This document shows, in pieces, positions 31,181 through 45,965 of a stretch of 64,000 bases of DNA (positions are counted from its first letter, which is position 1; every line of letters starts with the position of its first letter). Origin of the DNA: the human T2T-CHM13v2.0 reference genome, Homo sapiens; NCBI RefSeq assembly GCF_009914755.1, contig NC_060931.1, one strand, 5' to 3'. Under the pieces are notes generated by a model. It was not told the origin of the DNA and did no database searches. It saw nothing but the letters and a program-made list of their open reading frames with translations. The position numbers and the translations under genes were made by a program.

Positions 31181-31457
31181 TTTTTTTTTTTTTTTTTTTT
31201 TGAGACAGTGTCTCACTCTGTTGCCTAGGCTGGAGTGCAGTGGCATGATCTTAGCTCACTGCAACCTCTGCCCCACGGGCTCAAGTGATCCTTCTGCCTC
31301 AGCGTCCTGAGTATCTGGGATCACAGATGTGTGCCACCATGCCGGGCTAATTTTTGTATTTTTTGCAGACATGGGGTTTCTCCATGTTGCCCAGGCTGGT
31401 CTCAAACTCCTGGACTCAAGTGATCTGCCAGCCTTGGCCTCCCAAAGTGTTGGGATT
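31181..31457 (-). mobile_element. AluJb-like, lacking ~25 nt of its 5' end
   Basis: Reverse Alu with T21 tail; TSD CAG(C/T)T(A/G)TCTTTT at 31173 and 31458. Confidence 0.93.
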
Positions 31458-32468
31458 CAGTTGTCTTTTAAGAAAGGAAAATTTGCTCTCAAAAACACAT
31501 AGGAAAATGTCAAACTTTTTTGACACTTGAGCAGATACCCTATAGAAAGAATACTATCTTGTTTTCTCACCACAGTTTCTAAGAAAGTGAGTAGGAAAAA
31601 TCCAGTGTTTTTTCAAACGGCCTCCAGAATGATTCTCAAGTGGTAGTTGAATAGTGAGAGAATCATAAGAGAATTCAAGTGTGAGGAATTACAGCATTAG
31701 AATTCACATATCACATGTTGAATTTGTAGCTATTATTCTTTGAAATGAATACAGGTTATTCGTTACCATGTTTTTCAACACCTTCTTTTAAAAAGTTATC
31801 AACCTTTCACACATAGATAGCTATATCAAGTAAACCCTATATAGTATGGTAAATAAAAGTTGCTAACTCTTCGGACAGCTAATTGGCAAACAATACTACA
31901 TCATCGTTTAGAGCGATTGGATATAGATTTGGCTAAGATTATAGTTCAAGATGAATTTGGGAAACTGAGTAAATCGTCAGATCAATCAATCAATTTTCTT
32001 GGGGTAAAACGTCTACAAATATGATTTTTGCCAACTCTGCAAAATACGAGAACTGAATTAAGATATTGTGAATAGCTCTCACTTTATTGGGTTCCATTTA
32101 TGTATGAAGGAAAGATTTTTCACGTGAATAAGATTTCTAATCTGGGCAAGATCTTAGTGTAAGTGTTTCTAACATAAAGTTTCATCTTTTATAAACTTTC
32201 CGCTTGTCAAAAAGTTTGATAGGGTTAAACAAAGGGCAAAGAACATACTGATAATAAAAGAAATGAATACAATTAAATAAATTTTAACAAGTTAAAATTA
32301 AACAGAAAAATTAATCGAATCCGATGACAATATGATGGCAGCTTTTCTCAAAATACCAATACATTTATGTCATTCATAGATACAAGGTTTTCTTTTCAGT
32401 GTTGTAGTTAGGATATTGCAGTAAATGTAAGGATCTAGTGGTGGATGAGGGAAATTGAGGCAGTAGTT

Positions 32469-32478
32469 ATATATATAG

Positions 32479-32509
<31 letters not shown>
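32469..32509. repeat. (TA)n(CA)n microsatellite
   Basis: Directly visible. Confidence 0.95.
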
Positions 32510-32512
<3 letters not shown>

Positions 32513-33227
32513 CTAGAAGTATTCTTTGTTGAAAAACCCATTGTACTTTATTGCACTATTAAGGGAAATGGTCCAAATTTAGTGTGGTCTTGGCCTAGAT
32601 TTTTGAGATAGTTAATATTGAGATATGTTCATATTTTAGTTTTGATGAATCAATTTAAAACAACTTAGAGATTACATTATTGTCCCAGTTCTTCTGAGAA
32701 TTGTATCCTCTCTGTTTGTGAATCTGTTACTTAAAAAAAAGAAAACAATGCGTTTAAGAATCAGTACTAATAAGTGGCAGTGGAGTCATGCTGTCTGGCA
32801 AAAATAAAAAAGAGCAGCGTTTTTGGAAACGGACTTTTTGTGGCTTGGGCTGTCTTTTAAGTCTCACCGGAAGTTAATTAAAATGAGCTGGGGTTTTTTT
32901 TGTTTTCTTTTTAAGTTTATTTTATCATTTTTGAGTTTACTCACTTAGTGGCAGATGCCAGAAAATTCCTCAGTCCATGTTACTAATTGAAAAACAACTC
33001 TCAATCTGGGAGGAGAGCTCAGACATTCCAGATATCTCTTTCTAGTTGGATTAAAGGGTTTTCATTCTAAATATCTTATTTGGAAGAAATGTGAGGAATT
33101 TCAATGTTCCCAATCTTGAAACCATGAACAAGAGGGTCAGCCATGCCAGGCTTATTTCTCCAAATTCTTTTGGAGCTCAAAAGGTGTGGTCTGGACTAGG
33201 ATGCCTGTGGGTGATATCCAGGAGTTT

Positions 33228-33505
33228 CATATATATACATATATATATATGTATATATAAATATGAATATATATGATTTAAAAATATATATATGATTTAA
33301 AAATATATATAGATTTAAAAATATATATGATTAAAAAATATATATAGATTTAAAAAATATATATGATTTAAAAATATATATAGATTTAAAAATATATATG
33401 ATGTAAAAATATATAGATAGATTTAAAAATATATGTGATTTAAAAATATATGATTTAAAAAATATATATGATTTTAAAATATATGTATATATATACACAC
33501 ACACA
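33228..33505. repeat. AT-rich minisatellite, unit ~GATTTAAAAATATATAT(A), about 12 copies
   Basis: Units of ~15-20 bp from ~33275 to ~33490, flanked by (TA)n. Confidence 0.92.
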
Positions 33506-34247
33506 TTCATAATCTGAGTGTATCCTTATTTTAAAAACATGTATATTACTTCATATCCTGATTCCTTTAGGGAACTTCAGTTTGCTTTGATCAGTATTTC
33601 TAAGGGTCTATGCTATGTTTTCTGGCTTGCCAATCACTTAGACTTCTGCCCTTCAAAGATAACATTCCTGGCAGTGATTACTATCTCTGTGTGGGGGTAT
33701 GTTGCCAGCAGTTATTTCACATTGTGCACCTTGAGTGTTTGTTCTGATGTAGCTGCAGATGATATTTCCAGTTGTCATTTTTGTCTCAAGGTTAGCTAGG
33801 CTTTTCTCAAAACAGAACAGCCTCTGTGTTGTAGCAGTGTACCCACAGACTACAAACAGAGAGAATTTCAGATATCTCTAATGCTTTTTTGAAGAGGTTT
33901 CTTTCTCCTTTCCTTTTCTTGTTTAGTAGTTCATGTCACATCATAGGGTGCATGTTTGGATAATAAGATTGGTAATACACTGGGAATGCCTCTGAATACT
34001 GCCTAATTTAGCAAAGCACTTGTTGTTCCCCCCGCCCCATAAGGCACAGCGAGGCTGTGCAGAGTGAGCCATTGATTTTCTACTCCAACTTCAGTGGCTT
34101 AGGCTGGCAGATAAAATAAAGTGAGTGTATGTAGGGGTGGGGTCCCTGGGGAATGTCTTAGGAGCGCCAATAGAAGTCAGATAAGAAGGTAGGGAGGTTT
34201 TCAAGGAAGATCATAGTGAAAACATGCTGTTCCAACTTTAAGAACTA

Positions 34248-36288
<2,041 letters not shown>

Positions 36289-36574
36289 GAATTAAGAGAA
36301 AGAATTTCAACCGGGGGTGGTCAAGTCAAATATACTACTTAAGAAAGTTATAAAAATGGTTGTAATGTGGAAACAGATTCCAGAATAAAAATCCTTTTGT
36401 GAACACTTGATTTGGATTTCTGAATTTAATCATTTTCAGCTGCAACAACAAATGCTTGAACCACGTAAGAAGCTTTGGCTTCCCATATTTTAACAGATTT
36501 TTTTTCTACACATTAGTTTGTTGTTTTTTTTTCTCTCATTTCATGATGTTTCCATTCAGCTGTTGGCATAATAA

Positions 36575-36760
36575 TGGATTACAGTGTGGTGAAGGAAAGA
36601 GTTGGGGTTTCAGATTAATACTTGAGTTTTCAATCCCTGCTTTTATAATTACTAACTGTGGGACCTTGGACAAATCACATTAACTCGCCAAGTATCAGTT
36701 TGTCTATAAAATAGGATAAAAATACGTAAAACACCTACTACATGTTTTCTGCAACATATA
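36575..36760 (+). mobile_element. MIR
   Basis: ACTAACTGTGGGACCTTGGACAAATCACATTAAC..CAGTTTGTCTATAAAATAGGATAA. Confidence 0.75.
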
Positions 36761-37136
36761 AGATGGGAGAAATTGTTGCTGTTTTATTATCATGATTACT
36801 GTTTTGAAAATTAGGCTAAGATAATATAAAAGTAGTATTTAGTGAGATTTGCTAATAGATGAAAGAGAATGAAATAAAATCTAAGGGTCAATATGCAGCA
36901 AAGTGTGCTGCTCAAAATAAAATCAGTCTTCTTGTTGAATTTGACATACATATCCCATTATGTGCCATATATTTTCACTCTCAAGCTCATCTGTGTTCTG
37001 CATTAAATAATGAATTCCTTTGGAATGTGAGTGAAATTTTCCAGAAGTTATTAATTTAAAAGTTAATATGGAGATCAAGTGCATGCTGTATCCTTTATTA
37101 TTAGCTTGGAGTTCATCTGAGTTCTGTACTGCCTTT

Positions 37137-37141
<5 letters not shown>

Positions 37142-37180
<39 letters not shown>
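37142..37180. repeat. (TG)n microsatellite
   Basis: About 19 TG units. Confidence 0.98.
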
Positions 37181-37182
<2 letters not shown>

Positions 37183-37329
37183 CTGCCTACCTGGCGATAA
37201 TAGGGAGGAAATTGGTCATTTTGCATAAACTTATACTAAGATGTTAATTAAGCGTAATATATAGCTTTAACACAGGTCTAAAAATGTCTTTTTATAAAAG
37301 TTCTTCACCAGCTGAAGAAGTAGAGTTTT

Positions 37330-38325
37330 ATTTCTTATTCTGGGTATACATCCAAAATAATTGAAATTAGGATCTTGAAGAGCTCACTGCATTCCCTTAT
37401 TTGTTACAGCATTATTCACAATAGCAAGATGTGGGAACAACTCAAGTGTTAATCAACAGATGAGTGGATAAAGAAAATGTGCTATACATGTACAATGTGA
37501 TATTATTCAGCTTTACAAAGGAAGGAAATCCTGCCATTTATGGACAATGTGGATGAACCTGGAGGACGTTATGCTAAGCAAAATAAGCCAGTACCAAAGG
37601 TCAAGTACTGCATGATTCCACTTGTATGAGAGATCTTTATAGTCAACATCATAGAAGTAGTGAGTGCAATAGGGCTTGCCAGGGGCTGCAATGTTATTCA
37701 TCAGGTATGCTAGATGAATATGTTCTAGAGATCTGCTGTACAACGTTGTACCTATAGTAAACAATACAGTATGGTGTATTTCAACATTTGTTAAGAGAGT
37801 AGGTCTCAATTTAAGTGTTCTTATGACAAAAATAAACAAAAAACACAAAAACGAGACACAAAGAAACTATGGGGGCTGGGTGCAGTGGCTCACACCTGTA
37901 AGCCCAGCACTTTGGGAGGATGAAGCGGATAGATTACCTTAGGTCAGGAGTTCGGGACCAACCTGGCCAAATCTGTCTCTATTAAAAATACAAAAAAATT
38001 AGCCGGGCACGGTGGCATGCACCTGTAGTCCCAGGTACTCAGGAGGCTGAGGCAGGAGAATAGCTTCAACTAGGAGTTGGAGGCTGCAGTGAGCTGAGAT
38101 CACGCCACTGCACTCCAGCCTGGGTGACAGTGAGACTCTGTCTCAAAACAAACAAACAAACAAACAAAAACAAAAAAGAAACTATGGAAATTGCTGGATC
38201 TGTCTACTACGTTAATAGTGGTAATTGTAACAAGAATGTTTGCATATGTTTAAACTTATCAAATTGTATACTTTAAATATGTGTACTTCTTCATAATATC
38301 AGTTATGCTTCAATAAAGCTGTTAA
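37330..38325 (+). mobile_element. L1MB1/L1MA10-like 3' end, interrupted by Alu
   Basis: GGATAAAGAAAATGTG..GTTCTAGAGATCTGCTGTACAAC..TCAATAAAGCTG. Confidence 0.88.
37874..38175 (+). mobile_element. Alu (AluSx/Sz-like)
   Basis: Alu body with a small left-arm deletion; (AAAC)n tail; TSD AAAGAAACTATGG at 37860-37872 and 38175-38187. Confidence 0.95.
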
Positions 38326-39079
38326 GAAGTTTTAATTTATTTAAATTTGTGTTAACCTGTCACTTTGTGAGGGTCATCTACTTTTTATACAAAGTCACTG
38401 CAACCTACATACTTAATTCTTTTGTACTGTTTTGAAATAAGCATACACTTGCAGACACATGTTTCTACAACATTCTTTGCTTTCCCAATAGGCAAGTTCA
38501 AACTCAGAAGGCGAAAGTCCAGCGGAAAGTACCGGAACTGAGGGAAAACTATTTGCCTAACCACCCACACCACTGAATGCTTTCTTGGAATCTGCTGTGT
38601 GTTTAAGATGATATCCTACCCACACACATGTAACCTTTACCTTTTTGCAAACCAAATCTGATTCTACAAGGAAAGCACAAAAATAAAAATATTTTTCTCT
38701 CAAATTATATCAGATTTGTTTCTGCTCAAATTATCTCAGACTAGTTTTAAAAATTGTAAACTCTCCCATATCAAGCATCTAACTATCCACTGAATTTGGC
38801 TATGCAACTTCAGTTTTTAGAGAAGGTGGTAAAGTCTCTATTTTTAAGGGGGAAAAATTAAGGGTTACTAAGAAATATAGAAATAAAACTGGATTTTTTT
38901 TTTTGCTTTGTTTTACAGTGTTTCTGGAACTTTCTTTCTTTTCATTCCTCAGTAGCTTTCCGGACTCTATCCTGAACTGAATCTTCTTTTGTGAAAGTTA
39001 CCTTTGACCTGTGACTTGACTAAGCATGGGCTTTTTACAGTACGTGGTGCTTGATCAGTCTATGAATTCAACCCAATTA

Positions 39080-40020
39080 ACATTTTCTCTGTAGAAATTG
39101 CTGCCATTGGCTCCCATGACATCATGCTTGTGTCCCTCTTTTAGTCTTTCTGACAACTTTTACCCAGTCTTATTACTCCCTCTTTTTACTTCACGTATTG
39201 TTTAATTATTGCTTCTTCCATGGGGTTCCATTCCAAACTCTCTTCTTTTTCGTTTCTACATACTTTCCCTGGAAAAATTCACTAAGCCATGAATAAAAGT
39301 ATCAAATGGACATTCATGAATCCAGGCTTTCAGTCTCCAGCCCCATCTACCTGCCTGCCCTGACAATACAAACACTTGAATGATTATTACATAAATAAAT
39401 ATATTTCTAACTTCTGCCACTGTTTTCCAAAACCACAGAAGCCATCTTTATTTTGGTTGGCCATTTTATCCTTGGCAATAAGCACAGTCCCTGGCACATG
39501 GAAGGCTCTCAAAAAATCATCTTAGGTGTTGAAGGAGTGACCTCTTTTTGGCATCTCCTGATGCCCTCTAACTTTAATCTGTCACTAAATCTTTTTGCTT
39601 CTATCAACTCACATATATTTCAAATCTGCTTTTTCACCATCATCCCCAATGACATTCTTTGGAGGAGACAGTATCTCCTGCCTACCATCAGCCTTGACTC
39701 CATCCACCAAACTATCAGTGTTCTTACTTTTTAGACACAAGTATGGTAGATGTACTCTCCTGTTCTTGAATATTTAATGGATTCCAAATTCTTCTAGTAA
39801 CAAATCTAAATGCCTTAGCCCATTCTTCAGGGTTCTCAAACCCTAACCTGACTCTAACCTCTCTTTCCAATCCCATCTTTTCAATATATTCATCCTGTAA
39901 TTCAGTAACTGCAGATGTCTCAAGTGCCCTGAACACTCCGTATTCTTTTTTTCCTATGTTGGTTTCCTCTGCTCTTTTGAACTTCTTTGTCATCTGTGTC
40001 TTGAACTCTAACACCTATGT
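39080..40020 (+). mobile_element. L2 fragments
   Basis: Pyrimidine-rich L2-like ORF remnants and 3' motif AGCACAGTCCCTGGCACATGGAAGGCTCTCAAAAA. Confidence 0.55.
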
Positions 40021-40790
40021 GCATCTTATACTTTTAACTTATAAAATCCTATTTTTTGACAGATTGTTACCCAGTAGTCCTTGGGTGCAACTGATGAATG
40101 ATGAATAGAGTCATAACATGAATGTAAACTCACTTTCTCTGACTTTAGACTCCGTCGTCTTTTGTGCTAAGGGGACCGTGGTTCCAGTTCCCAGCATATA
40201 CTCACACTTTGCTCTTAGTCATTTTTCATTGCCATCCCTCTCTGCTGACTGCATTCAGGTCACCTTTTCTGTATCACTGTCTTGACTCTGCTCAAACCAT
40301 GATCATAAAGAGATTTGTGGTAAATATCCTTTTATCACATGCATTGATCTTATTAGTGAGTCAGAAACCAGGGTGACCTCATTTTCTTGTTTTTCTACTG
40401 TACCTTTAGTTATAGAGTGCATTTCTTGATTCATTTTTAGTATATCTCTCCACTCTTGAAAAAATTGTCACAGGTCTTTGAGAGGCTGAGTTGGAAGACA
40501 GCTTACATAGGTAGCTATCTTTCACATAAAAAATCAAGTCTTTTCATTTCTCCTAGCCAAGCTCCTTGGTCTGGGTTTGTCACTCTGAGAGTCCTACTTG
40601 AGGATTAAGGCTGTGGGAGCCAGCTGTGAGTTCCATCTCCAAACATCGTTTTCCCATGGGTCTCACTGAATCCTCAGCCCAAAAAGCATTTCTAGTAGGC
40701 TTCTTAGATAACTACCTTATTAAAATGATTCACAAACTTAAGCCAAGAAGTATAAAGCCTATATAGAAAAGGTATCTCAAAATTAATATA

Positions 40791-40935
40791 CTACTAGGAA
40801 GGCTGAAGTGGGAGGACCACTTGAGGCCAGGAGTTCAAGGCTGCAGTACGTTATGATCATGCATGTGAATAGCCACTGCACTCCAGGCTGGACAACGTAG
40901 CAAGATCTTGTTGCTAACATAATAATAATAATAAC
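40791..40935 (+). mobile_element. FAM (fossil Alu monomer), 5'-truncated
   Basis: Retains the 7SL-derived GTGAATAGCCACTGCACTCCAG segment that dimeric Alus lack; (AAT)n tail. Confidence 0.85.
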
Positions 40936-43900
40936 AACTTATAAGTGACCCAAGAATGATTAGCTGCTGTAGTTTTAAAAATGAATTATATGTATTCTCT
41001 GACATTGTTTGATAAAAAAGTATTAATGGTCCCACAGCATCCTACAATGATAGATGATTCGTGAGGAGTTTATGTCAGATTAATTAACTAGACAATTTAT
41101 AAATGTGGCTACTAGCAAGGCAGATTCTGGATATCTTGAAGGACCAGGGGAAGAAAAAGAGATTTTCCCATATTCAGTGAGGTCATTTCTGCAATTAGTG
41201 GTTTGGAGTGGGTCCCCTTAGCAGAGTTTAGCTGGATGGAATTTGAACTCACTCTAATATAATATGATGGGGTAAAATGTTTTGATCATCTGCCATTTAT
41301 TGACATACTAATCTATTATCTATTTAGGCTTTCTTCAATTCATTTCTAAGTAGCAAAAAGGAAAACATCTGTAGGTTCATGGTGATTATAATACTGAAAG
41401 AAAACCTTTTGCTCAGAAGTAGAGCTTTCCTTTAGGCTGAACCCCAAGAAAAATGTTTTATTTGCATCTTTATTATAAAGAAAAAAAGGCATAATATATT
41501 GGATAACTATAGTGTACATATAAGGTGCACAGTCTACAACTTTCCTCTAAGAAGTATAAATGTAGTAATAGTCATATGGCTGTGTTTATCGTGTTTTTAA
41601 GGTAATCATGCAATTCAATTGAGTAAAACTCTATAAACAGCAGAAATACAGTCTATGTGTGTGGTTCTGATGAATTAGCAAGAAGACTTAAGATTTCTCA
41701 AATTCATAAAAGAGGTAAGATTGTCAAAGATGTTTAGGGAATGTGTTTACATAAATGTTACATTGAAAACATAGGCTCTTTGAGGATTAAATGCTTCTAT
41801 AAGCGAATTTAGCAAAAGAATACGCTTAATTGCATAAAGATTACTGGGGACAATAAAAATACATACACATGTCATGCTATTATGAAATCACAGGTGATCT
41901 GTGGATAATTTACACTTGGTTAAACCCCAATAGATTTTTTTCTCTGTATCATGTTGATTCATTATTTATATTAGATTGGTTATCTATATTAATGAAGTTA
42001 AACAAAGGGGCCAAATTTGTCTTTGCAAGACATTTTTACATTCTAACTATCCTTCAAGATCCAACTCAGGTACCATCACTTCCTAAATTTTCTTTCCCCT
42101 CTTTGTTTATATGTATAGTCTATTTTGCACAGCATACCTAACTATAATTTTATGCTCCAATTGTTTGAATCACGTGCACAGTTCTAGTGTAGTTGAAAAT
42201 TATCCTAATATAATACAGTTCAATAATATGAGACTTTTAACATATGCCTTACATAAAGATGGAGTTTAAAGCCAAGACTCATGTACTCTATCTGGAAATC
42301 TAGGCAGCACAAATTCACTCAAGACTGAATGAGCGTTACAGAATCAGGTCAAGGTGGTAGAGTTTTGGAGACATTGAATGTTGTTGTTTCAGCACTGCTC
42401 AAAAAAGCACTGCATGAAAATATATCTGTAACTCCGTACAAAATCATGTCCATTGAAACTTTTCACTGTTGCAGGGATATAGGTTTTATCTAACATTATT
42501 CTATTATTGCTTTTTACTACAGTGCATAAACAGAGTATAACTCTGCTTGAATTTTGAATTTTCTACTAGTATATATTTCATATGATTTATTAGTTATTCA
42601 AAATATTCTGCTATATTTTAATTGTGAATCTTGATACTTCTCAATTTCCATAGTCCAGATTCAATACACACAATATTCCAATGGGTCATCACTGCTTCCA
42701 TTAAGATTCTCCATCTCTGTCCTGGAATTTACCCTATCATTGAAATTATGGTTATGTGTAATGAACAAGCTAACTGCTCTAGCGTGGAAACACAAAACCT
42801 TATTTGTGATAATGAGATTTGACTTGTCTTCTTCCTCTCACTTTTAATAATATCATAATGTTGATGCATCTGAATGTAATTGGCATAAACAGTCTTAAGA
42901 AATGCTTTACTGCACCAGAAAACATAGATTAGAATTTAAATTATTATTGTTTTTCCAGACATTGACTTTTGGGGCCAGGCCAAATGGATTTCTGGTTCTT
43001 GGATTGTGCTAATCAATATAACTGTAGCTGTTTGTTTTCAAGATTAATTTTATGACCATATTTTCTTATCTCAATAGCAAGAACATTTTTCATTCTCTTG
43101 TCTATTGGAATGAGCAAATTATTTTTGTAGAACATTAGAGGGTAAAAACTATAAGAAGGCAAGTGAAAAAATTCCCTTTCCCCTACTTTATCTTTTGCCC
43201 TTCCTTTATTCCTTTTCTTGTAGAAGAAGCAGGGGAAAGAGGAAAATCCCATTTTCCCTGCTTCTCCTATGTGTAGATAGTAGGAAATTAAGTAAAAAAT
43301 AAATGTTTTACTTGAGCTCTTATTGATTATTCATATTAGATGAAAAGATAAGAAATGGATAATGGGGGAGATTAATCTCTAAAAAATATTAATTCACAAT
43401 AAGTTTGGCTAAAACATCTTAACACGTAACCAACAACTGACCTGTATTTGACCAAAGCTATATCCTTGTCATAAATACTCACACACCCATGGACAGTATT
43501 TTTATGTGGAAGTATGCTAATAATTACTTAAGGTAGAGCCTCATTTGGGAGGACAGGTACCTAAAGCCTTCAGTGTCTTGGGAAACCTCTGAGATCAGTG
43601 GGCGGCAGCCCGCGGCTTGTCTCTGTTTGGTCTAGTGCTTAAGTGAACTTGCTAACTAAAGCCTTCCTTCCTCCTGTGTAAGTGAATGAAAAACCTCTCT
43701 CATTAGTTGCTATCCTGGCTAAGTGGGTGAATCTGATGTTTTTGGGTTGCATCCACTGGGTCTGAAGTTAAATGTTGTGGTTTACTACTTATTATCTGAA
43801 GATCAGAGATCTTCAACTTCAAACTACTATGCATTTTGAGTTATTTGTAAATTTCTAGAGATTTTTGAGGGTGCCCAGCTGGAGTGACATTTATTCCTGG

Positions 43901-45042
43901 ATTTTATCATCTCAAATACAGCACAGAGCCTTATCTATAAATTATTCCCATATTCTCCCTTTGTGGATATGTGTAATGTCATTTATAGAAATAAATACTT
44001 CATTATACCTTTGGTCTTAGTGTAGGTTCTGTTTTATACCTTAAGAACTTTGAAGAACTATGTATATGTATGAATCCGTGTGTGTGTTTGATATCAATAT
44101 GAGTATGCTTATGGTAATGAAGGAAAGAAAGAAAAGAATAAAAGTTAGGTGGGCATACAGAGTAGTAAGCATCTTGAAAATAAATCAAAGTAATAAACAC
44201 ATGGCTTAGAATGCATAATAATTATACTGATTTTCAGTTTGTCAAATAATCTGTGCTATCATATTCCTAAAGCAGGCATGTTAATAATAGCATCATGCTG
44301 ATTTAAAAGTGTATACAATAATCCTCCACCAGACACATTCCTTAAATTAAACATCTATTATACTAAATTTTTGGTATAGCACAGTGTGTAATTATTTGTA
44401 ACTTACTCACATGTATAGTATAGTATTGGAATTAGTGTGCTGTAGATAGACTAGATCTTAGAAACCATCTAAACCTGGGATTTTAAATAGGTATCTTTTC
44501 TTTTGTTAATGCCGTCGAAGTGGTAGTGGTTGTGTGGAATATTGTTTGAGAATTCTGGGACTGCATGTAGATTAGGAAAAAGGAATTCTATAATTGATTA
44601 CTTGTGTAGGCATCGACCCAGCATAGAGAATGTTGGCAAGTATATTAGGTGTTTTGGCATCTCTAATCTATTTCAATATCCTGAATTCACAGAAAAAAAG
44701 AGAGGCATTTATGTAACACTTCAGAGATTGTGCAACTCATTCACATATGCTGGCACAGTTTCTTTTCAACAGTTTTGTAAAGTATGCAATATTTCGAAGC
44801 CCTAGAAAAAAAACAGCTGCTTTTGTCCCTGGCTGGCAGTGATCATTTGTGGATCTTGGATCTGAATTCCAGAAGCTCCACAATACTATTCTCACAACAG
44901 CACATGCCAAAAGATGTCCCCACTGGTAGCCACTCATTCATATTGCTTCTGTCTACATTCAAATATCAGGTAAGATTCATCTGACCAATGAAACCTGGAC
45001 ATTTGTCCTCCCACAACTGCAAAGGAGTCTAGGAAATGTACA

Positions 45043-45615
45043 TGTCTTAGAACATGTTCTCCAGAAAGCAGAGCCTGAGGCAAGGATTAACATGTTGACA
45101 CTTTCTTTGAGAAGTACAAATCCAGCAGTGAGGGTGAAGAACATGAGTAGAGAAAGGTGCTATGATGCATTTCTGTGTTGGTTCCTGTGTTCAGGATGTG
45201 TATCCACTGGTCTGTCGTACTTCTCCAGAGCAGTTAAAAAGAGGAGCTGATTCAGGGTAATCTTTAGAAGGGAGAAAGGAGGAGAAATTTATCTATGGAG
45301 CTTTCTCCCATATACATTTCCTGTTTTACTAGACTGGCCTCACCACGGGCTAGTTCCCTCAGACTTTCAACTTGGGTAATTCAGGTCACTGTTGAATCCC
45401 ACTCCTGGTACTGTGGCGTTTCCTCTAGGTCTGGAAATGTAGGGGAAAATCAGGGTGGATTGCTTCAACAGCTGAGGGATGTGGACCATGTGCCCAGAAC
45501 TTCATCTCAGCCTCCTCCCAGGCTGCAAGCTCAGCAGAGTGAGGCAAAGTTCAGATATGGGTGGCACCTTTAGAAGGAAGAAGGCAGTCAAGGGAATCTA
45601 AGGATACATACCACG
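45043..45615 (-). mobile_element. ERVL LTR (LTR33/LTR41-like) adjacent to an MLT1 remnant (~44800-45040)
   Basis: TGTCTTAG..CCAGAAAGCAGAGCCTGAGGCAAGGATT motif. Confidence 0.5.
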
Positions 45616-45749
45616 TTTTTACCCTATATAGTCAGGTTTTTGGTTTCTACCTTAAGAAGGCTGTTTTCACAACATAGAAAGCTCCCACGACATAGGGAGG
45701 GTACTCAAAAGATGTTGGGCACCCCCAATGGCAGATGTTCATTACCACC

Positions 45750-45965
45750 TCCCGCACCTGATCACCCAACTAAAGCATGTCTCCCTTGTCACTCCCTCCA
45801 CAGCTCGCTAGGGTTTTTCTTCCTTAGAGCGTACCAAAATCTAAGCTTCACTAAGGCAGTATTACTTCTGTTTTCATCATCATTGTATACTCAGGAGTGA
45901 ATACAGTGCCTGGTACAATATAAGTTTGGATAAATATTTGTTGGTTAGATGAATGAATGAATGAA
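45750..45965 (+). mobile_element. L2 3' end
   Basis: ACAGTGCCTGGTACAATATAAG..TAAATATTTG..(GAAT)n. Confidence 0.75.

Noticed and set aside
31831-32228. TAAACCCT..AGGGTTAA as piggyBac termini
   Set aside because: Left TTAA is imperfect, complementarity is short, and there is no resemblance to MER75/MER85
33275-33490. Repeat array as CRISPR-like
   Set aside because: No unique spacers, eukaryotic context, no cas genes
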